DNA of 64,000 nt, from positions 25,811 to 89,810 of the forward strand of contig CAZTWF010000106.1 in NCBI GenBank assembly GCA_964617245.1. Reading direction: 5' to 3'. The notes beneath the pieces are model-generated. The model saw nothing but the letters and a program-made list of their open reading frames with translations, ran no database searches and was not told the origin of the DNA. The translations under genes and the position numbers were made by a program. Shown one piece after another: positions 10,876 to 21,145 of this stretch (the stretch's first letter is position 1; each line of letters opens with the position of its first letter). The stretch comes from an uncultured Nitrososphaerota archaeon. GTDB taxonomy: Archaea; Thermoproteota; Methanomethylicia; Methanomethylicales; Methanomethylicaceae.

Positions 10876-11262
10876 ATGCATGATCCAATAGCATCAGCTC
10901 TTACAACAATTATGAATAATGAAGAAAGAGGAAAGAAAGAATGTATTGTTACACCAGCTCCAAAACTATTAGCTAATGTTCTTCGTGTTCTTCAAAAGCA
11001 TGGTTATATTGGTGAATTTGAATATATTGATGATGGAAGATTTGGAAAATTTAGAATTCAATTATTAGGAAAAATAAATAAATGTGGTGTTGTAAAGCCA
11101 AGATTTTCAGTTTCATATAGAGAAATAGAAGAATGGGTGAAAAAATATCTTCCTAGTAAGGATATAGGAATATTAATAATAACAACTCCAAAAGGATTAC
11201 TCACTCATAAAGAAGCTATAGAGAATAGAATAGGTGGTCAACTTTTAGCATATGTATATTAG
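10876..11262 (+). CDS. rps8: 30S ribosomal protein S8
   Basis: [20 protein letters not shown]; AGGTGA SD 5 nt upstream. Confidence 0.9.
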   Translation: MHDPIASALTTIMNNEERGKKECIVTPAPKLLANVLRVLQKHGYIGEFEYIDDGRFGKFRIQLLGKINKCGVVKPRFSVSYREIEEWVKKYLPSKDIGILIITTPKGLLTHKEAIENRIGGQLLAYVY

Positions 11263-11272
11263 GTGATATTAC

Positions 11273-11794
11273 ATGGCTGAAGAATCAATAGCCATTCCTA
11301 ATGATATTGAAGTTTCACTAAATGGTAGTATAATTACTATGTCTGGTCCTAAAGGTACTCTAACAAAGGATTTTTCACATACAGGTGTAAAAATAACTAA
11401 AACAGAAGATAAAATAATAGTAAGAATGGAAGGTAAAGGAAGAAAACCAAAAACTATGGTTAGTACAGTATCAGCACATATAAGAAATATGATAAAAGGT
11501 GTTAAAGAAGGTCATGTTTATAAGATGAAGATAGTTTATGCTCATTTTCCAATAAATATTAAAATTATTGGAAATGAAATATATATAGAAAACTTTATGG
11601 GTGAAAGATCAAAAAGAATTGCTAAAATTATTGGAGATACTAAAGTAAAAGTGAGTGGTGATGAAATTATTATAGAGGGAATAGATAAGGAAGCAGTAGG
11701 TCAAACTGCAGCAAATATTCATTTAGTTACTCATATAAAAGATAGAGATCCAAGAGTATTTCAAGATGGTATATATATTGTAGAGAAGAGATGA
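11273..11794 (+). CDS. rpl6: 50S ribosomal protein L6
   Basis: L6 similarity and position. Confidence 0.9.
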   Translation: MAEESIAIPNDIEVSLNGSIITMSGPKGTLTKDFSHTGVKITKTEDKIIVRMEGKGRKPKTMVSTVSAHIRNMIKGVKEGHVYKMKIVYAHFPINIKIIGNEIYIENFMGERSKRIAKIIGDTKVKVSGDEIIIEGIDKEAVGQTAANIHLVTHIKDRDPRVFQDGIYIVEKR

Positions 11795-12219
11795 TGATTA
11801 TGAAGTTGAATAATAAAATATCAAAAGCTTTAGAATTGAGAGAAGAGATTAATAGAAAAAGACCTGATTTTATTAGACAAGATGCTCATAGATTTAAACG
11901 ATTAGGTGAAAAATGGAGAGCACCAAGAGGTCCAAGATCAAAATTACGTTTAAAGAAAAAAGGAAAATCTGCTATAGTTGAATCAGGATATAGAGGACCT
12001 TGTTTAGTTAGAGGTTTTCATCCATGTGGTGGTAAAGAGGTAATAGTTCATAATTTAAAAGAATTAGAAGGTTTAGATCCATCAATTCATGTTGTTAGAA
12101 TAGCAGCTAATGTTGGAAAAAAGAAGAGATTAGAAATTATTAAGAAAGCTCTTTCTCTTAATTTGAATATTGTAAATATCAGATCAGAGGAAAAGAAGCT
12201 ATTACAAGGTGGTAGTTAA
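11791..12219 (+). CDS. rpl32e: 50S ribosomal protein L32e
   Basis: L32e similarity and position. Confidence 0.88.
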   Translation: MMIMKLNNKISKALELREEINRKRPDFIRQDAHRFKRLGEKWRAPRGPRSKLRLKKKGKSAIVESGYRGPCLVRGFHPCGGKEVIVHNLKELEGLDPSIHVVRIAANVGKKKRLEIIKKALSLNLNIVNIRSEEKKLLQGGS

Positions 12220-12653
12220 TGAACTTAAAGGTTCAAAAAAAGATTGCTGCAAAGATTTTAGGTATTGGAATAAATAGAGTTTGGATAGATCCTGATAAAT
12301 TAGATGAAGTAAGTAGTGCAATCACAAGAGAAGAAATTAGAAAATTAATTGAAAAAGATATAATAAAAGCAAAACCAGAAAAAGGAACAAGTCGTGGAAG
12401 AGCTAGAAAAATACATAAACAAAAAAGAAAAGGATTGAGAAAAGGTCCTGGAAGTAGAAAAGGAGCTGTTAAAGTAGATGATTGGGTTGATAGAGTTAGA
12501 TCTATGAGACGCTTTTTAAGATTATTGAAAAAAAGAAAAATAATTACACAAAAAGTATATCGTATGCTTTATATGAAAGTAAAAGGAGGAGTATTTCACG
12601 ATAAAAGACAACTAAAAGCTTATATAGAAGAACATAATCTTGCAAGGAGATAA
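12219..12653 (+). CDS. rpl19e: 50S ribosomal protein L19e
   Basis: L19e similarity (MNLKVQKKIAAKILG). Confidence 0.9.
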   Translation: MNLKVQKKIAAKILGIGINRVWIDPDKLDEVSSAITREEIRKLIEKDIIKAKPEKGTSRGRARKIHKQKRKGLRKGPGSRKGAVKVDDWVDRVRSMRRFLRLLKKRKIITQKVYRMLYMKVKGGVFHDKRQLKAYIEEHNLARR

Positions 12654-12655
12654 AT

Positions 12656-13246
12656 ATGGCACATGGTCCAACTTATAAAGTACCATTTAGAAGAAGAAGA
12701 GAAGGAAAAACTGATTATAGAGTTAGAAAGAAGTTAGTAATGAGTAAAAAGCCAAGATTAGTTATAAGAAAATCATTAAAACATTTACATCTTCAATTAA
12801 TTGAAGTAAAAGTTAATGGAGATATAGTTTTAGCACAAGCTAATACAAAAGAGTTATCCAAATATGGATGGAAGGGAGGAACTGGTAATCTTCCTGCTGC
12901 TTATTTAGCAGGTTTATTACTTGGAAAAAGAGCTCTAAGTAAGGGTATTAAAAATGCTATATTAGATTTAGGAAGATATTCTATAACAAAGGGTAGTAGA
13001 CTATTTGCTGCTCTTAAAGGAGCATTAGATGCAGGAATGGATATTCCTCATAATGAAGAAATTTTACCTGATGAAGAGCATATAAAAGGAGTTCATATTG
13101 CAAAATATGCAATGCTTTTACAAAAAGAAAATCCTTCTAAATACCAAGCTCATTTCTCTAATTATATTAAGATGAATTTACCACCTGAGAAAATTGTAGA
13201 ACATTTTGAAGAAATAAAGAATAAAATAATTGAGGAGGTAGCATAA
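12656..13246 (+). CDS. rpl18: 50S ribosomal protein L18 (L5e)
   Basis: L18 similarity and position. Confidence 0.9.
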   Translation: MAHGPTYKVPFRRRREGKTDYRVRKKLVMSKKPRLVIRKSLKHLHLQLIEVKVNGDIVLAQANTKELSKYGWKGGTGNLPAAYLAGLLLGKRALSKGIKNAILDLGRYSITKGSRLFAALKGALDAGMDIPHNEEILPDEEHIKGVHIAKYAMLLQKENPSKYQAHFSNYIKMNLPPEKIVEHFEEIKNKIIEEVA

Positions 13247-13247
13247 T

Positions 13248-13853
13248 ATGACATATCAACAAGGACTATGGACTCCAAGAACAACTCTTGGAAAACTTGT
13301 ATTAGAGGGAAAAATCACAAGCTTAAAAGAAATTTTTGAACGAAACATACCAATAAAAGAACCTGAGATTGTTGATATTCTACTACCTGAAATAAAACAT
13401 GAAATACTTGATGTTAATATAGTTCAAAAACAAACAGATGCTGGTGAAATTACAAGATTTAAAATAGGTGTTGTGATTGGAAATTCTGATGGCTATATAG
13501 GTATTGGAACTGGAAAATCAAAACAAATGAGATTTGCTATAGATAAAGCAATTGCAGATGCTAAGTTAAATATAATCCCTGTAAAACGAGGTTGTGGACA
13601 CTGGAGATGCCCATGTGGCACATCTCATAGTGTACCATTTACTGTAAGTGGTAAGAAAGGAAGTGTTCGTGTTACTATATATCCTGCTCCTAAGGGTGTA
13701 GGTATAATAGCAGGAGAAATTCCTAAAAAGATATTAAGTTTTGCTGGAATAAAAGATGCTTGGGTAGTATCAAGAGGCGAGACAAGAACTACAATGAATT
13801 TTGCCTTAGCAACTTATGAGGCTTTGAGAAATACATATAAATTTAAAATATAA
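13248..13853 (+). CDS. rps5: 30S ribosomal protein S5
   Basis: S5 similarity (dsRBD, GHWRCPCG). Confidence 0.92.
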   Translation: MTYQQGLWTPRTTLGKLVLEGKITSLKEIFERNIPIKEPEIVDILLPEIKHEILDVNIVQKQTDAGEITRFKIGVVIGNSDGYIGIGTGKSKQMRFAIDKAIADAKLNIIPVKRGCGHWRCPCGTSHSVPFTVSGKKGSVRVTIYPAPKGVGIIAGEIPKKILSFAGIKDAWVVSRGETRTTMNFALATYEALRNTYKFKI

Positions 13854-13865
13854 TGAGGTGAGTTT

Positions 13866-14315
13866 ATGTATTTAGCTATACGTATAAGAGGAAGAGTTGG
13901 TATTCATCCTGATATAGAGGAAACACTTAAACGACTTAATCTTCATAGGAAATTTAATGCTAGCTTATTACCAGAAACACCATCAATAATTGGAATGTTA
14001 AAAAAAGTATCTGATTATATTACTTGGGGTGAAATTACTAAGGAAAATTTAATATTATTATTAAAGAAAAGAGGAAGACTTAAAGGAGACAAAAGAATAA
14101 CTGAAGAAAATTTAAATTTATTAAAAGCTTCTAATTTTGAAGAACTTGCAGAGCTTATATTAAAAGGAAATTTTCCATCATTACTTAAAAAAACATTTAG
14201 ACTTACTCCACCAAGTGGTGGATTTAAAGGTAGTACAAAAAAACATGTAAATGAGGGAGGAGAATTAGGATATAGGGGAATAGCAATAAATGACCTCCTC
14301 CTAAAAATGATATGA
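13866..14315 (+). CDS. rpl30: 50S ribosomal protein L30 (L7e)
   Basis: MYLAIRIRG... L30 similarity. Confidence 0.88.
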   Translation: MYLAIRIRGRVGIHPDIEETLKRLNLHRKFNASLLPETPSIIGMLKKVSDYITWGEITKENLILLLKKRGRLKGDKRITEENLNLLKASNFEELAELILKGNFPSLLKKTFRLTPPSGGFKGSTKKHVNEGGELGYRGIAINDLLLKMI

Positions 14316-14343
14316 TAAATCATATCAAATTGGAGGGATAATA

Positions 14344-14769
14344 ATGGTAGTAAGAAGAGAAAAGAAAGTTAGAAAACAACGTGGATCAAGAACATATGGC
14401 TGGGGTACTGTAGGCCAGCATAGAAAATCTGGAACAAGAGGAGGATTTGGAAATGCAGGTTTACATAAACATAAATGGTCTTGGACTGTAAAATATGGAA
14501 AAGATCATTTTGGAAAATATGGTTTTGTAAATCCAACATCAAAAATTATTAGATGGATAAATATAGGCTCATTAGTTTCATTAATTAAAGGAAAAGAATT
14601 AGAAAAAGATGAAAAAGGAAGAATTATCATAGACCTAAATAAAATGGGGTATGATAAACTTTTAGGTAGTGGAAAAATTGATATTCCATTATTAGTTAAA
14701 GTAAAACAAGCCTCTGAGATCGCAAAAGAGAAAATCATTAGTAAGGGTGGCGAAGTCATAATTACTTAG
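14344..14769 (+). CDS. rpl15: 50S ribosomal protein L15
   Basis: L15 similarity. Confidence 0.88.
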   Translation: MVVRREKKVRKQRGSRTYGWGTVGQHRKSGTRGGFGNAGLHKHKWSWTVKYGKDHFGKYGFVNPTSKIIRWINIGSLVSLIKGKELEKDEKGRIIIDLNKMGYDKLLGSGKIDIPLLVKVKQASEIAKEKIISKGGEVIIT

Positions 14770-14782
14770 GGTCGTATAAATT

Positions 14783-16207
14783 ATGACCCGTTTCTTAGAC
14801 TTAATAGAACCTGTTCTGAGATTTATTCCCGAGGTTCCTAAACCTCAGCGTAAACTAGATTTAAAATATAGATTATTATGGACTGGATTAGTTTTAGCTT
14901 TATATCTAATAATGTGTGAAATTCCACTTTATGGAATTCCTATACGTACAGGTGAATATGAACAATTTTTAATCTACAGAATAATTTTTGCATCTAAAAA
15001 AGGCTCTTTAATGGATCTTGGTATTGGCCCAATAGTTACTGCTGGTTTGATCATGCAAATTCTTGCAGGCTCAAAACTAATAAATGTTGATCTTAGTAAA
15101 CCAAGAGATAGAGCTCTATTTACTGGCACTCAAAAATTTTTAGCAATAATAATGACAATATTTGAAGCTACTGCATTTCTAATAGGTGGTAGTTATGGAA
15201 GATTAGACCTATTACTCTCTGTTTTTGTAATTACCCAATTGACTATAGTTGGTATTCTTGTGATTTTATTAGATGAATTAATTCAAAAAGGATGGGGAAT
15301 AGGAAGTGGTGTTAGTTTATTTATTCTTGCAGGCGTCTCACAACAAATATTATGGTTATCATTTTCACCAATAGGACCTGTAGCTGATGGAAAATCATTA
15401 GGTGCAATAGTAGCATTCTTCCAAACAATAATTAGTGGAGAAGAAATTCTTAAAGTATTTTTAAGATATCCATATCCTGATATGGTTGGATTTATTACTA
15501 TGATAATAATATTATTAATTGCAGTATACTTAGAGGGAATGAAAATTGAAATTCCTATAGCTCATCCAAAATATGGTGGATTACGTGCAAAAATACCCTT
15601 AAAATTTATGTACGTTTCTAATATTCCTATAATATTGACTTCTGCTTTATTTGCTAACTTTTATATGTTTGGACAATTAATCTGGCAAAACTTCAATTTT
15701 TTAAATAATAATCCATGGGTTAATTGGTTTGTGATGTTCAACTCTACAACCACTGGTTTACAACCATTACCTGGTTGTTTTGTTTATTATATTACATCTC
15801 CAAGAAGTTTAATTAATGTTATACACGATCCTTTACATGCTGTAATATATGTAATAATACTTGTATTTTTCTCTACTATATTTGCAAAGATCTGGGTTGA
15901 AGTATCTGGTATGAGTGCTCAAGCACAAGCTCAACAACTTGTAAGTGCAGGACTACAAATACCAGGATTTAGAAGATCTCCAGTAGTAATTGAGCAAATG
16001 TTAAATCGATATATTCCTCCTCTTACTATTATGAGTGGAATAATGATTGGTTTATTAGCTGGAATTGCTGATATGCTTGGTGCGATAGGTACTGGAATTG
16101 GTATATTATTATCAGTGGGTATAGTGTATCAATATTATCAATTCCTTGCTAGAGAACATATTGAGGAAATATATCCTGGTATAAGTAAAGTATTAGGAAG
16201 AGAGTAG
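14783..16207 (+). CDS. secY: preprotein translocase subunit SecY
   Basis: 474 aa, 10 TM, SecY N-terminus and position after L15. Confidence 0.95.
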   Translation: MTRFLDLIEPVLRFIPEVPKPQRKLDLKYRLLWTGLVLALYLIMCEIPLYGIPIRTGEYEQFLIYRIIFASKKGSLMDLGIGPIVTAGLIMQILAGSKLINVDLSKPRDRALFTGTQKFLAIIMTIFEATAFLIGGSYGRLDLLLSVFVITQLTIVGILVILLDELIQKGWGIGSGVSLFILAGVSQQILWLSFSPIGPVADGKSLGAIVAFFQTIISGEEILKVFLRYPYPDMVGFITMIIILLIAVYLEGMKIEIPIAHPKYGGLRAKIPLKFMYVSNIPIILTSALFANFYMFGQLIWQNFNFLNNNPWVNWFVMFNSTTTGLQPLPGCFVYYITSPRSLINVIHDPLHAVIYVIILVFFSTIFAKIWVEVSGMSAQAQAQQLVSAGLQIPGFRRSPVVIEQMLNRYIPPLTIMSGIMIGLLAGIADMLGAIGTGIGILLSVGIVYQYYQFLAREHIEEIYPGISKVLGRE

Positions 16208-16214
16208 ATATATT

Positions 16215-16796
16215 ATGAAGAAAGGAAAACTTATAATAGTAATAGGCGTACCTGGGGTAGGCAAGACTACTGTAATAAATTCAGCTTTAGAATATTGTAA
16301 AGAAAATAAAATTGAAGTAAAGTATATTAACTATGGAGATTTAATGTTTGAAGAAGCTAAAAAAATAGTTAATAATAGAGATGAAATAAGAAAACTTCCT
16401 ATAGAGAAACAAAAATTACTTCAATTAAATGCAGCTAATAGAATAGTAGAAATTACTAAAGAAAAGAATGTATTACTAGATACTCATATGTTTATAAGAA
16501 CAGAAAATGGATATATGTCAGGAATTCCTATATGGGTTGCTGAAAAATTAATGCCTGACTCTATAGTTTTAATAGAAGCAAGTCCAGAGGAAATTTCAAA
16601 GCGTAGAAAAAAAGATTCAAGTATAAGAATTAGAGAAGAAGATACACCTGAGAAAATAAATGAACATCAATTAATGGGAAGAGCTGGTGCTGCTTCTTTG
16701 GCAATACTTACAGGTTGTACTATTTTAATTCTTGAGAATAAAGAAGGATATTATAAAGAAGTAGGTAAGACAATAGCCTCATTATTTATGAGGTGA
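16215..16796 (+). CDS. adkA: adenylate kinase, archaeal type
   Basis: P-loop GVPGVGKTT, archaeal AdkA similarity, position after secY. Confidence 0.88.
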   Translation: MKKGKLIIVIGVPGVGKTTVINSALEYCKENKIEVKYINYGDLMFEEAKKIVNNRDEIRKLPIEKQKLLQLNAANRIVEITKEKNVLLDTHMFIRTENGYMSGIPIWVAEKLMPDSIVLIEASPEEISKRRKKDSSIRIREEDTPEKINEHQLMGRAGAASLAILTGCTILILENKEGYYKEVGKTIASLFMR

Positions 16797-16800
16797 AAAA

Positions 16801-17331
16801 ATGGTTTTAGAATCTTTATTAGAATTTTATGATTCTATTGTTACTACTCTTTCATTTATATTAGGTCCTGCAAAGGATTTTCCACTTTCATCTTTAACCA
16901 TCTTATTAATATCTATTATGATGCTCTTAATTTCTTCAACTATAACTCGTAAATTTACTGATGTAGAGAAAACAAGAAGAATTATGACACAAGTAAGAGA
17001 ATGGCAAAGTGCTTATATGAAGGCTGTTAGAGAAAAAGATAATAAACAAATTGAAAAATTAAAAAAGAAAGAAGTTACTATTAAAAAACTTCAAGCTGAA
17101 ATGATGAGAGAACAATTCAAACCATTACCATTTACTTTAATTCCATTTATGATTATTTTCTATCTATTCCTAGGTGTATTTGGTTATAATCAAGTAATAG
17201 TAGCTAAATCACCAATAACAATACCTTTCCTAGGTAATGAATTTACATTTTGGATTTGGTATCTTATTACAACTTTTGCATTTTCACCATTAATTCAAAG
17301 ATTATTTAATTTACCTTCAGTACAAGATTAG
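16801..17331 (+). CDS. DUF106 membrane protein (archaeal YidC/Oxa1/EMC3-like)
   Basis: 3 TM + coiled coil; conserved position between adk and cmk. Confidence 0.7.
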   Translation: MVLESLLEFYDSIVTTLSFILGPAKDFPLSSLTILLISIMMLLISSTITRKFTDVEKTRRIMTQVREWQSAYMKAVREKDNKQIEKLKKKEVTIKKLQAEMMREQFKPLPFTLIPFMIIFYLFLGVFGYNQVIVAKSPITIPFLGNEFTFWIWYLITTFAFSPLIQRLFNLPSVQD

Positions 17332-17341
17332 GTGTTTTATA

Positions 17342-17896
17342 TTGAAGATAAAGAATTTAATTATAACAATAGGTGGTCCACCAGGATCTGGCAAATCTTA
17401 TTGTGCAACTCAATTAGCTAGTATTTATAAAATTCCACATTATTCTATTGGTAAAATATTTAGAGATATGGCTCGAGAACGTAATATGACAATTGAGGAA
17501 TTTTCAAAATTAGCTGAAAAAGATTATACAATAGATATAGAATTAGATAAAAGAACTATGGAATTAGCAAAAAGTGGTGGATGTATTATAGAAGGAAGAT
17601 TAGTCTCCTTTTTCTTGAGATCTTTTCCAAATATACTAAGTTTTTATCTTACAGCATCATTTGAAGAAAGAGTAAAAAGAATTGCTTTAAGAGAAGGTAT
17701 TAGTATTGAAGAAGCTGAAAAAAAGACTAGAATAAGAGAAGAAAGTGAAAAAATGAGATATAAAGTAATTTATAATATTGATGTAGATGATTTGTCAGTT
17801 TATGATTTTGTAATAAATACATCAAAATGGAATAAAGAAAAAATAGTTCTCTTATTAAAACAGATAATAGATTTATATTTAGGGGAAGACGATTGA
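17342..17896 (+). CDS. cmk: cytidylate kinase, archaeal type
   Basis: P-loop GGPPGSGKS; similarity to archaeal Cmk. Confidence 0.85.
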   Translation: MKIKNLIITIGGPPGSGKSYCATQLASIYKIPHYSIGKIFRDMARERNMTIEEFSKLAEKDYTIDIELDKRTMELAKSGGCIIEGRLVSFFLRSFPNILSFYLTASFEERVKRIALREGISIEEAEKKTRIREESEKMRYKVIYNIDVDDLSVYDFVINTSKWNKEKIVLLLKQIIDLYLGEDD

Positions 17897-18855
17897 GTGG
17901 AGAACTTTTAATAAAAGATGAAGAGAAAACAAATCCAAATTTTGGATGGAAACCTAGAGAACGTCCTATAAAAGAATATATTGAAACAGGTGTAATAAAT
18001 CTAGATAAACCTCCAGGTCCTACTAGTCATGAAGTAGTAGCTTGGGTTAAACGTATGCTCTCTATAGATAGAGCAGGTCATGGTGGCACTCTTGATCCTA
18101 AAGTAACTGGAGTTTTACCAATAACACTAGGAAGAGCAACACGACTTATTTCATTTATTATGAAATCAGGAAAAGAATATGTTACTATTGTAGAATTACA
18201 TGAAGATATTAGTGAAGAAAGATTAAGAGAGGTTATTAGTGAATTTATTGGTCCAATTTATCAAATACCTCCTATAAGATCTTCTGTGAAAAGAGCTTTA
18301 AGAATTAGAACTATAAACTCAATAAAAATTTTAGAAAAAATTGGAAAATTTGTTTTAATGAGAGTAGATTGTGAAGCTGGTACTTATATAAGAAAACTCT
18401 GTCATGATATAGGTGAAGTTCTTGGTTGTGGGGCTCATATGAAGGAACTTCGTAGAGTAAGAGCTGGACCATTTAGAGAAGAAACCTCTATTACTCTTTA
18501 TACCCTTCTAGATGCTATAACATTATGGAAGGAATATAATAATGAAAGTCTAATAAGAAAAGTTATTATACCAATTGAAGAAGCTATTATAGATTTTCCT
18601 AAGATATATGTAAGAGATTCTGCTATTGATGCTCTATGTCATGGTGCAAATTTAGCAGCACCTGGTGTATTACGTTTAAGTAAAGGAATAAAGCCAGGAG
18701 ATATTGTTTGTGTTATGAGCTTAAAAGATGAACTTGTAGGAATTGGAAAAGCTTTAAAATCTAGTGAAGAAATTTTAGAATTAGAACATGGTATTATTGT
18801 AGATATGGAAAGAATAATAATGGAACCAGGTTTATATCCAAAAGGTTGGGAATAA
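17893..18855 (+). CDS. cbf5: tRNA/rRNA pseudouridine synthase Cbf5 (H/ACA RNP catalytic subunit)
   Basis: TruB motif GHGGTLDP, C-terminal PUA domain; uninterrupted ORF (no intron). Confidence 0.92.
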   Translation: MSGELLIKDEEKTNPNFGWKPRERPIKEYIETGVINLDKPPGPTSHEVVAWVKRMLSIDRAGHGGTLDPKVTGVLPITLGRATRLISFIMKSGKEYVTIVELHEDISEERLREVISEFIGPIYQIPPIRSSVKRALRIRTINSIKILEKIGKFVLMRVDCEAGTYIRKLCHDIGEVLGCGAHMKELRRVRAGPFREETSITLYTLLDAITLWKEYNNESLIRKVIIPIEEAIIDFPKIYVRDSAIDALCHGANLAAPGVLRLSKGIKPGDIVCVMSLKDELVGIGKALKSSEEILELEHGIIVDMERIIMEPGLYPKGWE

Positions 18856-19460
18856 TGAATACTATTCATTATTTTACAAAACAACCTACTAAACATAAAT
18901 ATAAAATTAGTTTCGAATTAGCAGGTACTACTATCAATTTATTAAGTAGTAATGGAGTATTCTCTAAAAAACATATTGATACTGGTACAAAAGTCTTAAT
19001 TGAAAGCATAGTAGAAAAAATTTCAATTCATGAAAATGCAGAAATTTTAGATTTAGGATGTGGATATGGTATTATAGGAATTACAATTGCTAAATTAAAT
19101 CCAAAAGCTAAAGTAACAATGGTTGATATAAATCCATTAGCCATAAAACTTACTAATGAAAATATTAAATTAAATCTAGTAGAAAATGCTATAGTCATAA
19201 GAAGTCATTTATATTCTCAGCTTGAAAATAAAAAATTTGATTTTATTATCTCAAATCCTCCTCTAGCTGCTGGTTATAAAGTAATCTTTCCTTTAATAGA
19301 AGGAGCTAAAGATCATCTTAAAGAAAGAGGACGAATTATCATAGTTTTAAGAAAAGGAATAAATACTATTCCAAAAAAGATGAAAGATGTTTTTGGAAAT
19401 GTAGAACTATTATATAAAAGAGCAGGATATAGAGTATTTCAATCAATTAAAACTTCATAA
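18846..19460 (+). CDS. class I SAM-dependent methyltransferase (small-domain, NPPL motif; RsmC/METTL5-like)
   Basis: LDLGCGYGIIG SAM motif I and ISNPPL motif IV. Confidence 0.7.
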   Translation: MGIMNTIHYFTKQPTKHKYKISFELAGTTINLLSSNGVFSKKHIDTGTKVLIESIVEKISIHENAEILDLGCGYGIIGITIAKLNPKAKVTMVDINPLAIKLTNENIKLNLVENAIVIRSHLYSQLENKKFDFIISNPPLAAGYKVIFPLIEGAKDHLKERGRIIIVLRKGINTIPKKMKDVFGNVELLYKRAGYRVFQSIKTS

Positions 19461-19565
19461 AAGTAAATATAAATAATATTATTCAAATCATTTATAATTA
19501 TTATAATTATTTATAGAAAAAAATAATAAATTCTGTAACTTAATCGATAATGAGAATTATCCCCA

Positions 19566-19677
19566 GCCGAGGTCTCCTAGTCTGGTAGGGAGCAGAAAAT
19601 AGCTTAAGCCTGGAGAGATTCCCTGTTAGCCTGTGCCCATTATGGGCTCGGGGGTTCAAATCCCCCCCTCGGCGCCA
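19566..19677 (+). tRNA. tRNA-Ser (anticodon GGA) with two predicted 12-nt introns (19596-19607 at 29/30; 19616-19627 at 37/38)
   Basis: Acceptor GCCGAGG/CCTCGGC, D-arm TCC-TAGTCTGGTAG-GGA, T-arm GGGGG-TTCAAAT-CCCCC, long variable arm TGCCCATTATGGGCTC, discriminator G + CCA; spliced anticodon arm CAGGC-CUGGAGA-GCCUG; close to M. jannaschii tRNA-Ser architecture. Confidence 0.75.
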
Positions 19678-19762
19678 TTTATAGCAGAAAGCTTAATATT
19701 GCGCAATTCTTAAATATTTTTAATTTCTGGTTTTTAATCTTGCTATAGTGGGTAGATAGAAA

Positions 19763-20236
19763 TTGAGTACTTCATATAGACACGTAATAAGAATATTGGA
19801 TACAGATTTAAAAGGAGATGAAAAGTTAGCTTACGCTCTAGCTAGACTTAGGGGTATTGGTATAAATACCTCATATGCAGTTTTAAAAATTTGTAATATA
19901 GATCCAGAAATACGAGTAGGATATTTACAAGATAGTGATATAAAGAAAATTGAAGAAATTCTATCAAACTTACCATCATATTTACCTTCATATATGCTAA
20001 ATAGAAGAAAAGATTTACTAACAGGAAAAGACCTACATCTTCTTGGCTCAGATTTAGTACTTTCAATGAAAATGGACATAGATTTAATGAAAAAGATAAA
20101 ATGTTGGAAAGGAATTCGTCATGCACTTGGCTTAAAAGTACGTGGACAATGCACTAGAACTACTGGTAGATTTGGAACAACTGTTGGAGTTGTAAGAAAA
20201 TCTGTACAACAACAAAAGAAAGAAAAAGAAAAATAA
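19763..20236 (+). CDS. rps13: 30S ribosomal protein S13
   Basis: S13 similarity; TTG start. Confidence 0.88.
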   Translation: MSTSYRHVIRILDTDLKGDEKLAYALARLRGIGINTSYAVLKICNIDPEIRVGYLQDSDIKKIEEILSNLPSYLPSYMLNRRKDLLTGKDLHLLGSDLVLSMKMDIDLMKKIKCWKGIRHALGLKVRGQCTRTTGRFGTTVGVVRKSVQQQKKEKEK

Positions 20237-20245
20237 GGTGATAAA

Positions 20246-20734
20246 ATGGGAGATCCAAAGAAATGTAGAAGAAAATGGGAAGGTCCTCGTCATCCATGGA
20301 GAAAAGATGTATTAGAAAAAGAACTTATTTTATTAGGAAAATATGGATTAAGAAATAAGCGAGAATTATGGATTGCTAATTCAATACTCAGAGATATAAG
20401 AAGAAGAGCAATTGCAATATTAGGATTAGAAAAAAGTGAAAGAGAAAAAGAAGAAGAAATTTTGATAAATAGACTCTATAATATGGGAATAGTTGAAGAA
20501 AATGCTACACTTGATGATGTACTAGGTCTTACTATTGAAGATATATTAAAGAGACGATTACAATCAATTCTTGTTTCTCTAAATATTGCAAAAACACCAT
20601 ATCAAGCAAGACAACTTATTGTTCATGGTCATGTGTATATAGGTAGTAGACGTGTAACTATTCCAGGATATTTAGTAAGTAGGAAGGAAGAATCTATGAT
20701 AAAATGTTTATTACCAATTGAAAAGGTGACATAA
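20246..20734 (+). CDS. rps4: 30S ribosomal protein S4
   Basis: [18 protein letters not shown] archaeal S4 N-terminus. Confidence 0.92.
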   Translation: MGDPKKCRRKWEGPRHPWRKDVLEKELILLGKYGLRNKRELWIANSILRDIRRRAIAILGLEKSEREKEEEILINRLYNMGIVEENATLDDVLGLTIEDILKRRLQSILVSLNIAKTPYQARQLIVHGHVYIGSRRVTIPGYLVSRKEESMIKCLLPIEKVT

Positions 20735-20735
20735 T

Positions 20736-21134
20736 ATGTCTTATTCTAAAAATTTGAGATGGGGCGTAGCTCATATTTATAGCTCATTTAATAATACTAT
20801 TGTACATATAACAGATATAACAGGTGCTGAGACTATTTCTATTCAATCTGGAGGTAGAATTGTTAAAGCAGATAGAGATAAACCTTCTCCATATGCTGCT
20901 ATGATGGCTGCAACTAGAGCAGCTCAGGAAGCTATGGAAAAAGGTATAAATGCAGTTCATATAAGAGTTAGAGCTCCAGGTGGTCATAAAAGTAAAACAC
21001 CAGGTCCTGGAGCTCAAGCTGCTATAAGAGCTCTTGCCAGAACAGGTCTTATTATTGGTAGAATTGAAGATGTTACTCCTACACCTCATGATACAACAAG
21101 AAGACCTGGAGGAAGAAGAGGCAGAAGAGTATAG
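20736..21134 (+). CDS. rps11: 30S ribosomal protein S11
   Basis: S11 similarity. Confidence 0.92.
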   Translation: MSYSKNLRWGVAHIYSSFNNTIVHITDITGAETISIQSGGRIVKADRDKPSPYAAMMAATRAAQEAMEKGINAVHIRVRAPGGHKSKTPGPGAQAAIRALARTGLIIGRIEDVTPTPHDTTRRPGGRRGRRV

Positions 21135-21145
21135 TGGGGATTATC

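Noticed and set aside
19461-19565. Very AT-rich stretch with ATTAT/TATAA repeats, considered as a possible repeat or origin-like element
   Set aside because: Only ~100 nt; no ORB-like or mini-ORB consensus and no clustered direct repeats; more simply the promoter region of the tRNA
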